A stretch of DNA of 46,570 nucleotides, the filler included, from Sphacelaria rigidula (lineage: Eukaryota), in NCBI GenBank assembly GCA_964200075.2. It is 2 parts of 2 records of this genome, joined end to end, with 100 filler letters (N's around TTAATTAATTAA, not from the genome) between each part and the next. Parts side by side here need not be neighbours in the genome. Positions count along the whole stretch, not along the records: positions 23,338 to 46,570 come from CAXNAA020000274.1; 1 more part is not named here. The stretch is one strand, 5' to 3'. This document shows positions 36,501 through 46,570 of the stretch, in pieces (positions within the stretch are counted from its first letter, which is position 1; every line of letters begins with the position of its first letter). Position numbers and translations under genes: made by a program. Under the pieces are notes generated by a model. The model did no database searches, was not told the origin of the DNA, and saw only the letters and a list, made by a program, of their open reading frames with translations.

Positions 36501-39500
36501 TGACTGCGGAGTTTGCAGTCATTCTCCAGTCAGTCTACGAATGTGTGCCAACGAGGACGCTCTTTACGTGATATTCGTGTAGAAACAGAACTGCAATCAA
36601 TATTTCACCATCTTCGCAGCGAGAGGGTTGACCTCTCCGCTGCGAGGTGTCCACTTAAGCCCTTGTATGTCAACGAGTATATTTTATACCTTAGTTTTTA
36701 CAAGCGAATTCTACTGCACAGGTACAGGTGATCCAACAATCTTCGCTGTCGGAGTGGTGAACCAAATCAAATTCCCAGCGCTGTTGACTCATAGTTTGTG
36801 CATACCTCTTCGAATCTGAAGTTGTACTTGCTTTCGAAGTGATCGGCCATGTCGATCTCCTTCTCGTCCTCGCTATCCTCCACATGAGGAGCGTTCAAGA
36901 TTTCTTCGTAGCTGTCTCCAAAAATCGTGTCGAAAACAGACGCACACACAACATGACAAAGCCGAAGCTGCCTTACAACGGGTATTGACTTCGAAAGCGA
37001 GCGAAAACATCGTCAGGGTGACAAGGTGCCAAATCGAGAAAACAGTATAGGGCCGTGATGCCAGAGCACATGCGAACCAAGACCTGATACACTTGTCCTG
37101 ACAGCAGGCAACAGACATTCGTCGTTATACGAATGTTCCGTTGGTCGCTACGAGTATTGCATATAAAAGCCTCATCGTGCCCGCGACCTGTAGACCTGTA
37201 GACACCAGTGCAACATACGTGTACAATGACATTGGGATCGACCTACGCGCACGGAGTTGCACGACTTGCTCTCATGGCACGTGCGTAAGCCTAATCCCTA
37301 GAAAACCAGCGATGCCTACAAGAATCGATCTGTTTATAATTGATTTGCGGCTTCCGCTTCGTCGAGGCCGTGTCTCGTTAAAAAAATGGCTTCAAAAACG
37401 CGCGGTGGAATCGAATCCGCTCATACCTGATACGTCCACGATATTCATGTTCTCAGCCTATCAGCTGTGAGCGAATTCGGTTCCACCGCACGTTTTCGAC
37501 ACCAAATACATATAATATGTATCCAAGACACGCCCTGACGTAAAGTTGTCCTATGTGGACAAGCGTGCAAATATCGAGAAGTAACTGTTATGGTGCTATT
37601 CACTCGAAGAATAATTAACCACCAGGAGAGGGATTCGATCGCAGTCCCTCGGGAGATCACCTTGGTGTCTCTTTCGCGTCAGGGTCAAGCCAGCGGCGGT
37701 TGGCGACGAAGTCTCGCAGGAACTCGTCTTCCCCTCCCCCGTCCCCCGCATCTTTCATCTTCTCGGCCTCTCGTCTCAGCTCTTCCTCTTCCGCGGCCAT
37801 CTCTGCCGCCGTTTTTTGTCGCACCTGCAATCGATCCATATCGGGGATGCAGCATCGCATGAAGATCGGTCGGGTAATGCGATCGAAGCATGAACGCTCC
37901 TTGTTCCTGAGGTAGTTAGTGCACTGTACTCCATCTATATTGCCCGTAGCTTTACGCCACAGCATCGCTTGGCATCCTGGTTTGCCCTGTGCTAATATTG
38001 CCCGGTGAAGATTCCCCCAAACGGTTCGGGGTTCATCTGTGTTAAAAGAACAAGTACGTCCTCGATTGCCTACACCTTCGTGTTGCGTGTTGGCCACCCC
38101 CAACTACGAGATATCAGGACACAAAAGACTTGGCGTCAGGGGCTCGACACCTCCATTTCTCATGCGGAAACAGTCACGGTACAAACCACTGGGAGTACCA
38201 AAAATGTTGGCTTGTGACTAGATGTCGATAGTTTCAGGTACTGAAAAAGGATCGCCAAAACAGCACATCCACTGGCCGATGCAGCCGTAGCAAGCTAAAC
38301 AGACGTCAAATGTCAGCCTCAAAACAAGCCGTGGGAAACGCGCGAACAATCCCACAGACCCTCGGGAGGGGGGGGTAAGATCACATGCCTACCCGTAGCA
38401 CCGTACGACAAACATCAACAAAAAGTGGTAGCATCTGCCGTGATCCACAGATAGCAGATGGTCGACCACCGGCACATCAGCGTCACAGCAACACTCACCA
38501 CAACCGAGTAAGGGGCCACTACAGTAACATCTCACCTTTTACAAACACAGCAACATCGACTCTAAGAACGCCACAGCCCAGCGTAAGGTGGAGTAATTAC
38601 AATGAACCTAAAAAATAAAACATGACGAAGGGGTACAGCAGAATCCAGTACCTTCAGCAGTCCGTCGCCGTCGTCATCACTACCACTGTCGCTTCCACTC
38701 CCGTGTTCCGCAATAGAACCCAACAAGCTCTTCCGCAAGCGTTCCTGCTCCTCGTCGTAAGCGAGCCCGTTTCGCCGATTTCTTTCACCACCGCTACCGT
38801 CATCGCTCTCGTCGTCCGAGCTGATCACGTCTTCTGCTGTGTTAGCTTGGAGTATTTGTTCACGCACCACGTCCTTGTAGCGCATGCGCTTCTCATTCTT
38901 CTCGGATCCTGCCAGGAGAGGGGGCAACGATGGGACAGGGAAATGCCGTATAACAAGGTGTGTCAGACCCCGCGATCGGTACAAGTACACAAGGTATCGA
39001 AAGTGCAACTCGGGCAACCGCAGCATAGGAACATGGGCAAGTGAAAATAAATACAGATAGAGAGAGAAGTGAATGAAGAGAGAAACTGGAATTCCACACG
39101 ACGCCACACGCCCAGGGGAGCACAACGATGGAAATCTTCCGGCAGGTGCGATCCTTCGTGCACAAAAGAAACATGAATTACTTGTAGGCGAAGGGACATC
39201 GGAAGCAACGTCCCGCTCCGTGCTCCAAAATTCTATGCGTCTATGCTGCTGTAACCTCTGAATGTCTCTTTCCTCTCCATGTTGTCACAGACGCCACTGC
39301 AGGGTATACTGTATACTGTAAGGGCTGGCTGCAGTGGGGCGTGGGCGTTTGTGCTAGGGCTACGGCTACAAAACTCACCGCCGGATCCTTCCTTCTTTTC
39401 GCCAGCAAACCATTCCTTCTTAGAGTCGTATATGTCCGGGTCTCTGCTCCGGATCTTGTTAATGGTTTTCATTATCTGGAAAATTCCACGCGACCAGCAG

Positions 39501-40969
39501 CATAAGGGGGCAACGACAACGTACGCGAGAGGGAACGGACCCTGGGTACGAGTACACGGCAATGTTCAACGCACAATATCTCCAGTTGAGTGGAGCGAGT
39601 CTCCGCTCCGGTAGTTGTAACACTCAAGGAGCTGTTTCTCACGAGAACATGTGATATCGACGCTGTAAGTATGTCGTCATCATCATCATCATCATCATTG
39701 TTACTAGTAAACTGTCTGATCGCGAGGCTCAATGTCTATGGAGCAGCAGCAAAGGAGATGACCAAGTACAAGGCTGAAACGAGTTGCTCTATAGGTAGCC
39801 AACATGTACCCAACAGGGCGTAATTCCACATGTGCAGCGATAACAATCAACCGGCACGTTCCTCAACACCCGCTCCCAAAACGAAGGCGTTGCGTGAAAC
39901 AAACGTGCTTTCGTCGTGGTGATTCCAAAGATGTCAACGCACCTGCACGTCTAGAGCAGGTGTGAGCATCTCCGCATCCTCATCCTCTGTTTCGCTTTCA
40001 GATTCCGACTCCGACCCGCTATCTTCGAGATCGATGTGTCTGGCCGCCTGCAACTCCTGCGCACGTTTCTTGGTCTCGAAGCTGCGCAAGCGTGCCCGCG
40101 TACCAGAGCGACCATCGCGCGAAATGACACATGACACGTGCATGAAAGTGTCACGTCAACGAAACATGGAGTTGATGATCAAACGATTGAATGATAAAAC
40201 GATTAAACCATTGTTCGATCTGTGAGTCGGCCGTTGCCCCTGCTTCTCTTGTTTCTGCGCATAACTTTTTTCATGGCTGCAAGATGCGATGGGCCGAAAT
40301 CGCAGGCTTTGGGGTGCCTAAGCTGGTCAGGCAATCATGCCCACCCGGGTCGAGCTGGGCCATCCCTGGGGGGTCAACTAGAGTACGACAATCAATCAAG
40401 ATCAAGTTGTCAGTATTTGGTAGATGAACAGTATTAGTCGACCGTAAGTAAGTTAAGAGGTGGAGTGAAAGGCAAGTAGGCCACACTCAAGCTAACCGCA
40501 CCGAAGAGATTCTGCGGCCTATTGTATGCGTGACGAAACACAACTCGGCTGGACTTATTCGTGGTATACTTTCAATATACCAAAGGGTGCGTTCTTATTA
40601 CCATTATCGGATAGTATAACTGAGACTGCGACAAAGAGTCCCGTAACTGCACTGTCCGTCCAATGGATACTACAGCCACCACCTTCCATATCAACGTATC
40701 TACCACATGTACTGCTGTATAACGAAGACATGTGTGCGCCTGTTATGGAGGGCATGGGAGCAAATCCACCACCCATCGCCACTAATCTCTCCCCCCCCTT
40801 CTTCACACACACGCAACTGTATATGCGCATATAAACACCTTTTAGCGAACTTCTCATTGATCCTGATACGTTCAGGGTCGCCTTCGCCTTCACCTCCGAG
40901 CTCAATGGGTCTCTTGGAGGCAACACCACCCCCGTCGGCATCGCTGCTGTCGCTGTCAAGAAAACTCAT
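32668..40969 (-). CDS. KRI1: KRI1 homolog (KRR1-interacting protein, 40S ribosome biogenesis), 10 exons, 2523 nt CDS, 840 aa
   Basis: Manually spliced exons 40839-40969, 39943-40081, 39379-39475, 38652-38908, 37661-37824, 36806-36911, 35690-35784, 34900-35124, 34089-34484, 32668-33580. All introns are GT-AG with matching phases and no internal stop. Kri1 motifs: INEKFAKSFE, IRSRDPDIYD, EFLRDFVANRRW, FESKYNFRFEE, GSMRRQDDKR, ELRRLKNIKR, DGDFDPEKWD, ELYKLDYEDIIGDIPCRFKY, FGLSPEEILLADDKELNKYVPLKKLAPYR, C-terminal SRLASYGL. Confidence 0.95.
34089..34484 (-). CDS. KRI1: KRI1 exon 9 (WDAVTGEAFGDGYY...LDYEDIIGDIPC)
   Basis: Acceptor cctgctacag, donor AG|gtagag, phase 2 to 2. Confidence 0.93.
34900..35124 (-). 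CDS. KRI1: KRI1 exon 8 (QRKAEERAQKEAELRRLKNIKR...DGDFDPE)
   Basis: Acceptor ctaacgcag, donor AA|gtgagg, phase 2 to 2. Confidence 0.92.
35690..35784 (-). CDS. KRI1: KRI1 exon 7 (EGGTEIAMHSRNVPGSMRRQDDKRR)
   Basis: Acceptor ttttacag, donor AA|gtgagt, phase 0 to 2. Confidence 0.92.
36806..36911 (-). CDS. KRI1: KRI1 exon 6 (YEEIL...ADHFESKYNFRFEE)
   Basis: Acceptor gagacag, donor GAG|gtatgc, phase 2 to 0. Contains the Kri1 core motif. Confidence 0.94.
37661..37824 (-). CDS. KRI1: KRI1 exon 5 (VRQKTAAEM...EFLRDFVANRRWLDPD)
   Basis: Acceptor gattgcag, donor AG|gtgatc, phase 0 to 2. Confidence 0.92.
38652..38908 (-). CDS. KRI1: KRI1 exon 4 (MRYKDVVREQIL...DGLLK)
   Basis: Acceptor ctctcctggcag, donor AAG|gtactg, phase 1 to 0. 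Confidence 0.92.
39379..39475 (-). CDS. KRI1: KRI1 exon 3 (IMKTINKIRSRDPDIYD...)
   Basis: Acceptor ttttccag, donor G|gtgagt, phase 0 to 1. Confidence 0.93.
39943..40081 (-). CDS. KRI1: KRI1 exon 2 (FETKKRAQEL...LTPALDVQ)
   Basis: Acceptor ttgcgcag, donor CAG|gtgcgt, phase 2 to 0. Confidence 0.92.
40839..40969 (-). CDS. KRI1: KRI1 coding exon 1 (MSFLDSD...INEKFAK)
   Basis: ATG at 40969, donor AG|gtgttt. A CAG acceptor lies 29 nt upstream of the ATG (40999-41001). Confidence 0.88.
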
Positions 40970-42106
40970 ATGATGTGCACTCTGGGCCTCAAGGCAACCT
41001 GTGAGAATATTGCCTTTGTTTCAAATCTACAATAAGATTCTGGGTGACTTGAACCGTATAACCTCACTGCAGAAGACGAAGCCGACCAATCTAGGATCTA
41101 GAGCGACGGAGACACCAAAACCGACGTTTTTCAATCACACATGGACTGCTCAGACCCGAATTCCAAATCACGAAATGTTATTTTTGTGCCCTGTTTCAAG
41201 GATATTTTGCTGATGCGACGTCGGCAACGAACAGTTTCCGTCTTTGATACTCATACGTTTGAGTTCCATCTAAGGTTCGCAAGTGAGTACACAGGGGTAA
41301 ATTACCATAGCCGACACAAAGAGTAAATATTGGAACATGACGATACATTTGACCACAACTAATTAGGCCAAACTCAGCGATTCAACTCGTGCAACACCGC
41401 AGGCCGCAGAGACACAGTCGGAACGCTGCAAGATGTGGGAGGGCGGCTGGAAGACGCTAGCAATATTCTTCTCTCCGGCAATTCCAGCGATCCTTGTGTA
41501 CTGCTTCTTATATCCAAAGCGAAGCATAATAGGCGTTGGATGCATTGTGTCTGTGGGTGTGATAGGGTACATGTTGGCGGGACAAGCCAGCGAACCGGCT
41601 CTGAAGCAAGAATGACTTCGTCATACCTGCGCAAGGTTGCTTCCACTTTACGGCACTACTATACGGTACTGTACTGTACCAGCATATTGATACGATCAAC
41701 CTGCGGTAGTACACCCGTTGTTTGGACGCTGCGAGGCTGTAATATCGTCTGTCGTGAGGTGAGAACTCTGAATGACATATACTTACGCCTTCACGCTGCG
41801 GTGCAGCTCGGAGTGAAACAGTCACATTGTTCTTCAACTCCTAAAGTTCAACTGTACTGTTTAACCGTGAGCACCGGGCTGACTGGGCCCTATCCCGACG
41901 ATATCCATATATCACCCGGGGGGGTGTTATAGTTGTTATATCCCAAAGCTCCAAGTATTTCCCCCGATATAGCTGAGGTATATCGTGTCGATATCGCCGG
42001 CATTCGTTTCCCTGATACATCGTGCGGTATCACGTACGGTACGATATATCGCGGGATAATACGTGTATTATATTATAGATACGGCATGTAGCAATCTTGA
42101 ATCTTT

Positions 42107-42300
42107 CAGCGAGTTTGAGATTTGAGAATCCGGGATACGGTCGAGAGTGAGAAGTGGTGAAAGAGTATGAATGGAATAGGTTCAGGTCCGGAATGCCCCT
42201 CCGGGCCTTATACTAGGCCCGGTACGCTTTCTGTGGTGGCTTGCCACTGAAGCCCTTGATATCCTTTATAGGATATCGATGTGTAGCGGCGTGAGCACAC
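42107..42300. mobile_element. Partial copy of the same MITE family
   Basis: Contains the reverse complement of the 26-nt core and one diverged end. Confidence 0.55.
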
Positions 42301-42474
42301 GACAGTATTACTAGGCTGCTTCGTGTAGGCTTGAAGAAAAATCCCTCTGAGGCCGTGTCTTATCAAATTGTTCTCGTGTGCTGCACCTGTCATTGCACGG
42401 TCCTGTATTTAGACCTTGCCATAACTGTCTGGCCTCTGCTGGAATTACCTGAGCTGCTGTACTTGAAAATGCTC

Positions 42475-42557
42475 TACCCGGAGCACGGGTATGCTCTTGA
42501 AGAGATACCCGATTGCCGGTACGGTTTTTCTGTAAGCCTCCCATACCCCTACCCGGG
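42475..42557. repeat. Fragment of the 43189-43808 MITE internal repeat
   Basis: Near-identical to 43575-43655 (tacccggagc..gggtatgctcttgaaga..tacccgattgccgg). Confidence 0.75.
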
Positions 42558-43188
42558 GTTAACCATTGTAGATACACCCCGTTGCAGGAACGAACACAGG
42601 TATAATACCTGGGGGAGGTATGGAGTTAGGTTTGATCCAAGCACGAGCTCATCATCCCACATCACTTCTTAAACACTGCACATCAACAAACAACAATTCA
42701 ATGTTGGAAAGTTGTTCAACTTGGAATCGGACGGGATACGAGGTACTGCTGAGTGGAAACACCAAATTTGAGTAGCACTGTAGACCGTCAGGATGGATAA
42801 CCCCCAGACTCGAGTGGTGGCTCGCGCGGGGGCGGTTTATCTGCACGTCGTCGTCGACGTTGATGGTTCTGTCGTGTTCATCAAACCCCAGGCCGTTGTT
42901 GATATGCACAGCAAAGAGTATGAGCTGCCACCGGAAGTCAGGGCCGTCGACGATTTTGTCGTGCCGAATAGCGTCCAGAAAGCGGACAGCCGTGAATGCT
43001 CCCTTGTTCACTCTGTTCGTGTACATGAAGCCGATTGATGTTGACGATCGCGTGCACATGTACTACTGCGAATGTTCGTGTAGTCTTCCTCTGTCAACCC
43101 CGTGAAGCCGTTCAGTCTTCTCGTGATCTGTCATCTGTGGTTCGCCACTGTAGTGACGTAGGTCCCACCGCAGGGGTGATGATAATAC

Positions 43189-43808
43189 CAAGGTTGTCTT
43201 CTGTAGGGTACGGCTTTTTGTGAACCCGGGGTATTTTCCCGGGTATTCACCGTACCTCACAGTTCTGTGACTTCTGTAAGACTCTCATGCCGGTACACGA
43301 CAGTTTTGTCACTTCTGTAATACTTCCATACCGGTACCCGACCTTTCTGTAATCTCTGTAACACTTCCATACTCCTACCCGATAGTTCTGTGAGTACTGT
43401 AAGCCTCCCGTACCGTTACCGTGGGGCGCGGGCATGATTTTGACGAGATACCCGGTTGCGGGTACGGCTTTCTGTGCAACCCCCATACCCCACCGAACAG
43501 TTTCTTTGAGTTCTGTAAGCGCCTCATACTCTTACCCGACAGTCCTGTGAGTTTTGTACAGGATGTTTACCTGTACCCGGAGCGCGGGTATGCTCTTGAA
43601 GACATACCCGATTGCCGGCACGGTTATTCTGCAAGCCTCCCATACCCTACCCGACAAGTTCTGTAATTTCTGTGAGAGTTTCAAACCAGTACCCGACAGT
43701 TTTGTAATTTCTGTTAGACTTTCATACCGTACCCTATATTTATGTAAGTTCTGTAAGAAGTCTCATACCCCTACAGAACATACCCGTACCCTACAGAACG
43801 CAACCTTG
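43189..43808. mobile_element. MITE with CAAGGTTG termini and an internal minisatellite (ttctgtaa...cataccc..taccc)
   Basis: 23-bp TIRs caaggttgtcttctgtagggtac / gtaccctacagaacgcaaccttg with tandem internal units. A related fragment lies at 42475-42557. Confidence 0.75.
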
Positions 43809-44531
43809 CAAAATTTCACATATGGCTCGCACTAGGCTAATTTTTACTAAAGTGTCGCGGCAGCCACAAAGAGCATGCTTGTTCGTGTGATGATTGAACA
43901 AACACCACCGAACGGACACACATGGCGCGGGTCACACTCACATACCAGAGTAGTGGTTATGGCGTTTGCCCAGTTGCGTGTAGTTGCGGGTTCGGACGTT
44001 GTTTGAAAAGAATTTCGACGCTGATACCATATGGTGAAACTATCACCAATCACGGTCATCGTCGAGTGGGCGGGGCTCACAACTACCATATTTAAAAAAT
44101 AGCGCATCCGGGGCAATTTGTTGGTTCATCACTACAGCGCGTGACACGAGGTGGGCAGTGCATTTCCTGTGGGCAAAGTGGGGCATCGAAAAACGTGTTT
44201 CCAGAATCTGTAAAAGGTACAATTTTTATCTTCCCCCAGATTGAAACGTAGGTGCCTCCTGTACGGTATAGTTTGTACCGTGCTACCAGGGTAGCGACGT
44301 TCACAGCCAGCGCACAGCACGGTCGATTTAAAAGGGCTTTCCAAACTGCGTGCAGTACATACGTGCAACGGTACAACGGGTAGCGCTCACTCAAGGGGAA
44401 AGAGGACGAGACATCCACCGTACTAATTTGACATTTTGGGCATTGAGCAAGTCCGGAACGGCGGATACATGTGATTTTGCTGATACTGCTCATGCGAAAC
44501 GTCTGATACCAGGTATGACATGGACTCTCAC

Positions 44532-44565
44532 CTCTCATTTCGCTGCATGACCATTTCGTACGAGG
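44532..44565 (-). CDS. Exon U3 of the unknown gene (PRTKWSCSEMR)
   Basis: Pyrimidine-rich upstream tract and acaacacag acceptor, GAG|gtgaga donor, phase 0 to 1. Confidence 0.45.
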
Positions 44566-45157
44566 CTGTGTTGTCCCCACGGTAGAGCAAGGATAGACAG
44601 CGAAAAATCGTCACCGCTGATTATTTTTTGGATGCCACACTGCATCGTCGAATTGTGGACGAAATCGACCGACGCAATATAACCGTACTTCAACCCCCCC
44701 CTCCCCCTCCGTCGAGGCTCCGGACGAGTCCCCCAGGGGTCAACTCATCTATCCCTTGGTACCTGCGTTGCATTGCCGTGTTCAATTTTCGAGCATGAGA
44801 TCAATACTGTTGCAGCGGATCGGATTTCATCATTATGTAGTCATTTTTTCCAATTACCATTTTCGCATTGTCGAAAGATGGGAACCAGGCAAAGTAATCT
44901 CCTGCTCCGTTTTTGCAACCCCAAAATCCGCTTCAATTGGTGTTGGATGTGTCAGTGCTGCACCAGTACCGACACCGAGGCGCGGCGATAAGCGTCCAAA
45001 TTTGGCAATTCAACCCTCCGCCGCACGCTTCGCTTAGACGGTCACCTCTCTCTGCGCAGACGGCCTGCGTACGAGAAGATTTGCCACCATCAGCAACAAA
45101 TACTAAACACAATAATTGCGCACGAGCTGCGCTGATGAAAGTAAGATCATAACCCAC

Positions 45158-45212
45158 CAGGAGGATTGGGCAGACTGACTCCAGGTTCATCACCCGCGTG
45201 CCCTTGTCTAGG
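45158..45212 (-). CDS. Exon U2 of the unknown gene (LDKGTRVMNLESVCPILL)
   Basis: ctctgtgcgcacag acceptor and CTG|gtgggt donor, phase 2 to 0. Confidence 0.5.
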
Positions 45213-46145
45213 CTGTGCGCACAGAGTAATTTGTCGCAGGTGGAAGGCCACAGCTATACTAATGGTACGAGTGTGCATACGCATGTTACGAACACTGTTG
45301 CTGCCACTATACGAGCGTTTCGTGTCCACTTTGAAACGAATTACTGCGCCGTATATTCAAGTGAAAATCAGTCCCACCCGCTTTCGTCGATGTTACTCGT
45401 CTGCTTTCGTTCCACAGATTTGTTCTCGCGTTGACCCAGGAAAACGCTTTACTTGCTGGCCAGGAAGGGCAGGGTTCCGTGACCACACGGTGGAGCAGTA
45501 CTGTGGAACGGCGCCGAGTATTAATTGATTGATTATCACACGTGTACCGATACAAATCCAGCTGTGGTGATACAATGGGCGTACCCAAGCTTGGTGAAAG
45601 GGAAAACAGCCACAGCTATGCAAACTCGCGGGAGGGGGGAGATGTTGTAGAGAAGAGATGACAAATTGGGATGGACAGTGTGCTGTTGTGATGGAAGTGT
45701 CGACTGAGGCTTCCATAGGGTGTTGGATGTGTGTCTACTTTTGAGTTGACGAACGGGGGTACGGCGAAGCTGCATCGTCAGGTTGTGAACCATTTAACCA
45801 GTTAACACCCCCCTATTATGGATGGTATCCATAATGGTACCGCCCATAGTTAATACATCATTGTACAGCGCATGCTTGCCCAAGAGACTCCCGATGTGTA
45901 TACATAGTGCTCGCGAAGTTTGAACCACACTTTGCACTCCTGGATGTAGTGTTGTCTCGAGCGTTTTTTAGGCTGACTGTTTTTCGGGTGTTCAGTTGTT
46001 GGCTATGCGCACAGTTTTACCGCGAGGCGCATGTATCGGACTACAGTATCAATACAAGACAGCGAGTCGTGCGCGCAGTATTCCGGGTGATTGTATAAAA
46101 GCGGTGCACCGAGACGTGCCAGTAGGCTTGTTACTGTCACGGTAC

Positions 46146-46227
46146 CCATGGAGGAGACAGTCCTCGCTCAAGACAGCGCACAAGTCAAGAGCCAAGTTGA
46201 ATTTGTCGTCACTGTCATATGACGGCG
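46146..46227 (-). CDS. Exon U1 of an unknown gene upstream of KRI1 (PSYDSDDKFNLALDLCAVLSEDCLLH)
   Basis: gtgacag acceptor and GG|gtaccg donor. It joins 45158-45212 in phase 2 without stops. Confidence 0.45.
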
Positions 46228-46443
46228 CTGTCACTCGTGGCGAAGTTTACGTATGTACTTATTCAATACCCATGGGAAAACCGCACAGCTTCAGAACTCC
46301 GATAAATAGACACGCACCTTGCGGACAAGGTGAATGACGCCATACTGCATCGCGCGAAGCACAGCGTTAACTATGTCCCTTGGATAGCAAAACAGAGCAC
46401 TTGGCGACGGAGCGCCTAGTTTCTTGTACTGTACTGTGTTGTT

Positions 46444-46570
46444 GCCGCGCCCCGGTGGTGTAATGGTCCGACTGTCGCCTTTAGGGTGGAGAGAACGGGG
46501 GTTCAACTCCCGATGCGTCGGGTTTTTTCTTCGTAATGACTGATTTCCACCGTGGAAAGCGTGAGAACGT
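46444..46570 (+). mobile_element. tRNA-derived SINE, family A, cut by the window edge
   Basis: A box tggtgtaatgg and B box ggttcaactccc. Colinear with 31188-31315. Confidence 0.78.

Noticed and set aside
43200..43800. Tandem repeats as a possible CRISPR array
   Set aside because: The units are degenerate with no unique fixed-length spacers, they are enclosed by MITE TIRs, the context is eukaryotic and there are no cas genes.

Overview
Eukaryotic, intron-rich and repeat-rich DNA (~50% GC). The long introns and repeat types look like a brown alga (Phaeophyceae, Ectocarpus/kelp-like); this is an inference. Firm calls: a complete 10-exon KRI1 ribosome-biogenesis gene (minus strand, 32668-40969, 840 aa), a tRNA-Gln(CTG) gene at 29154-29225, and the first two exons of a mitochondrial carrier (SLC25, citrate/tricarboxylate-like) with a GC donor and an 18-nt micro-exon. 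Three phase-compatible exons of an unknown gene lie upstream of KRI1 and may share a transcript with it. The rest is mostly nested transposon debris: two decayed Ty3/gypsy elements, a probable DIRS-like remnant, an hAT element carrying a nested Tc1/mariner-like element, several MITE families (one with TTAGGG repeats), two tRNA-derived SINE families and microsatellites. An artificial 100-nt scaffold linker at 23238-23337 means the two sides may not be contiguous. No CRISPR, rRNA or intact transposase/TnpB ORF was seen.
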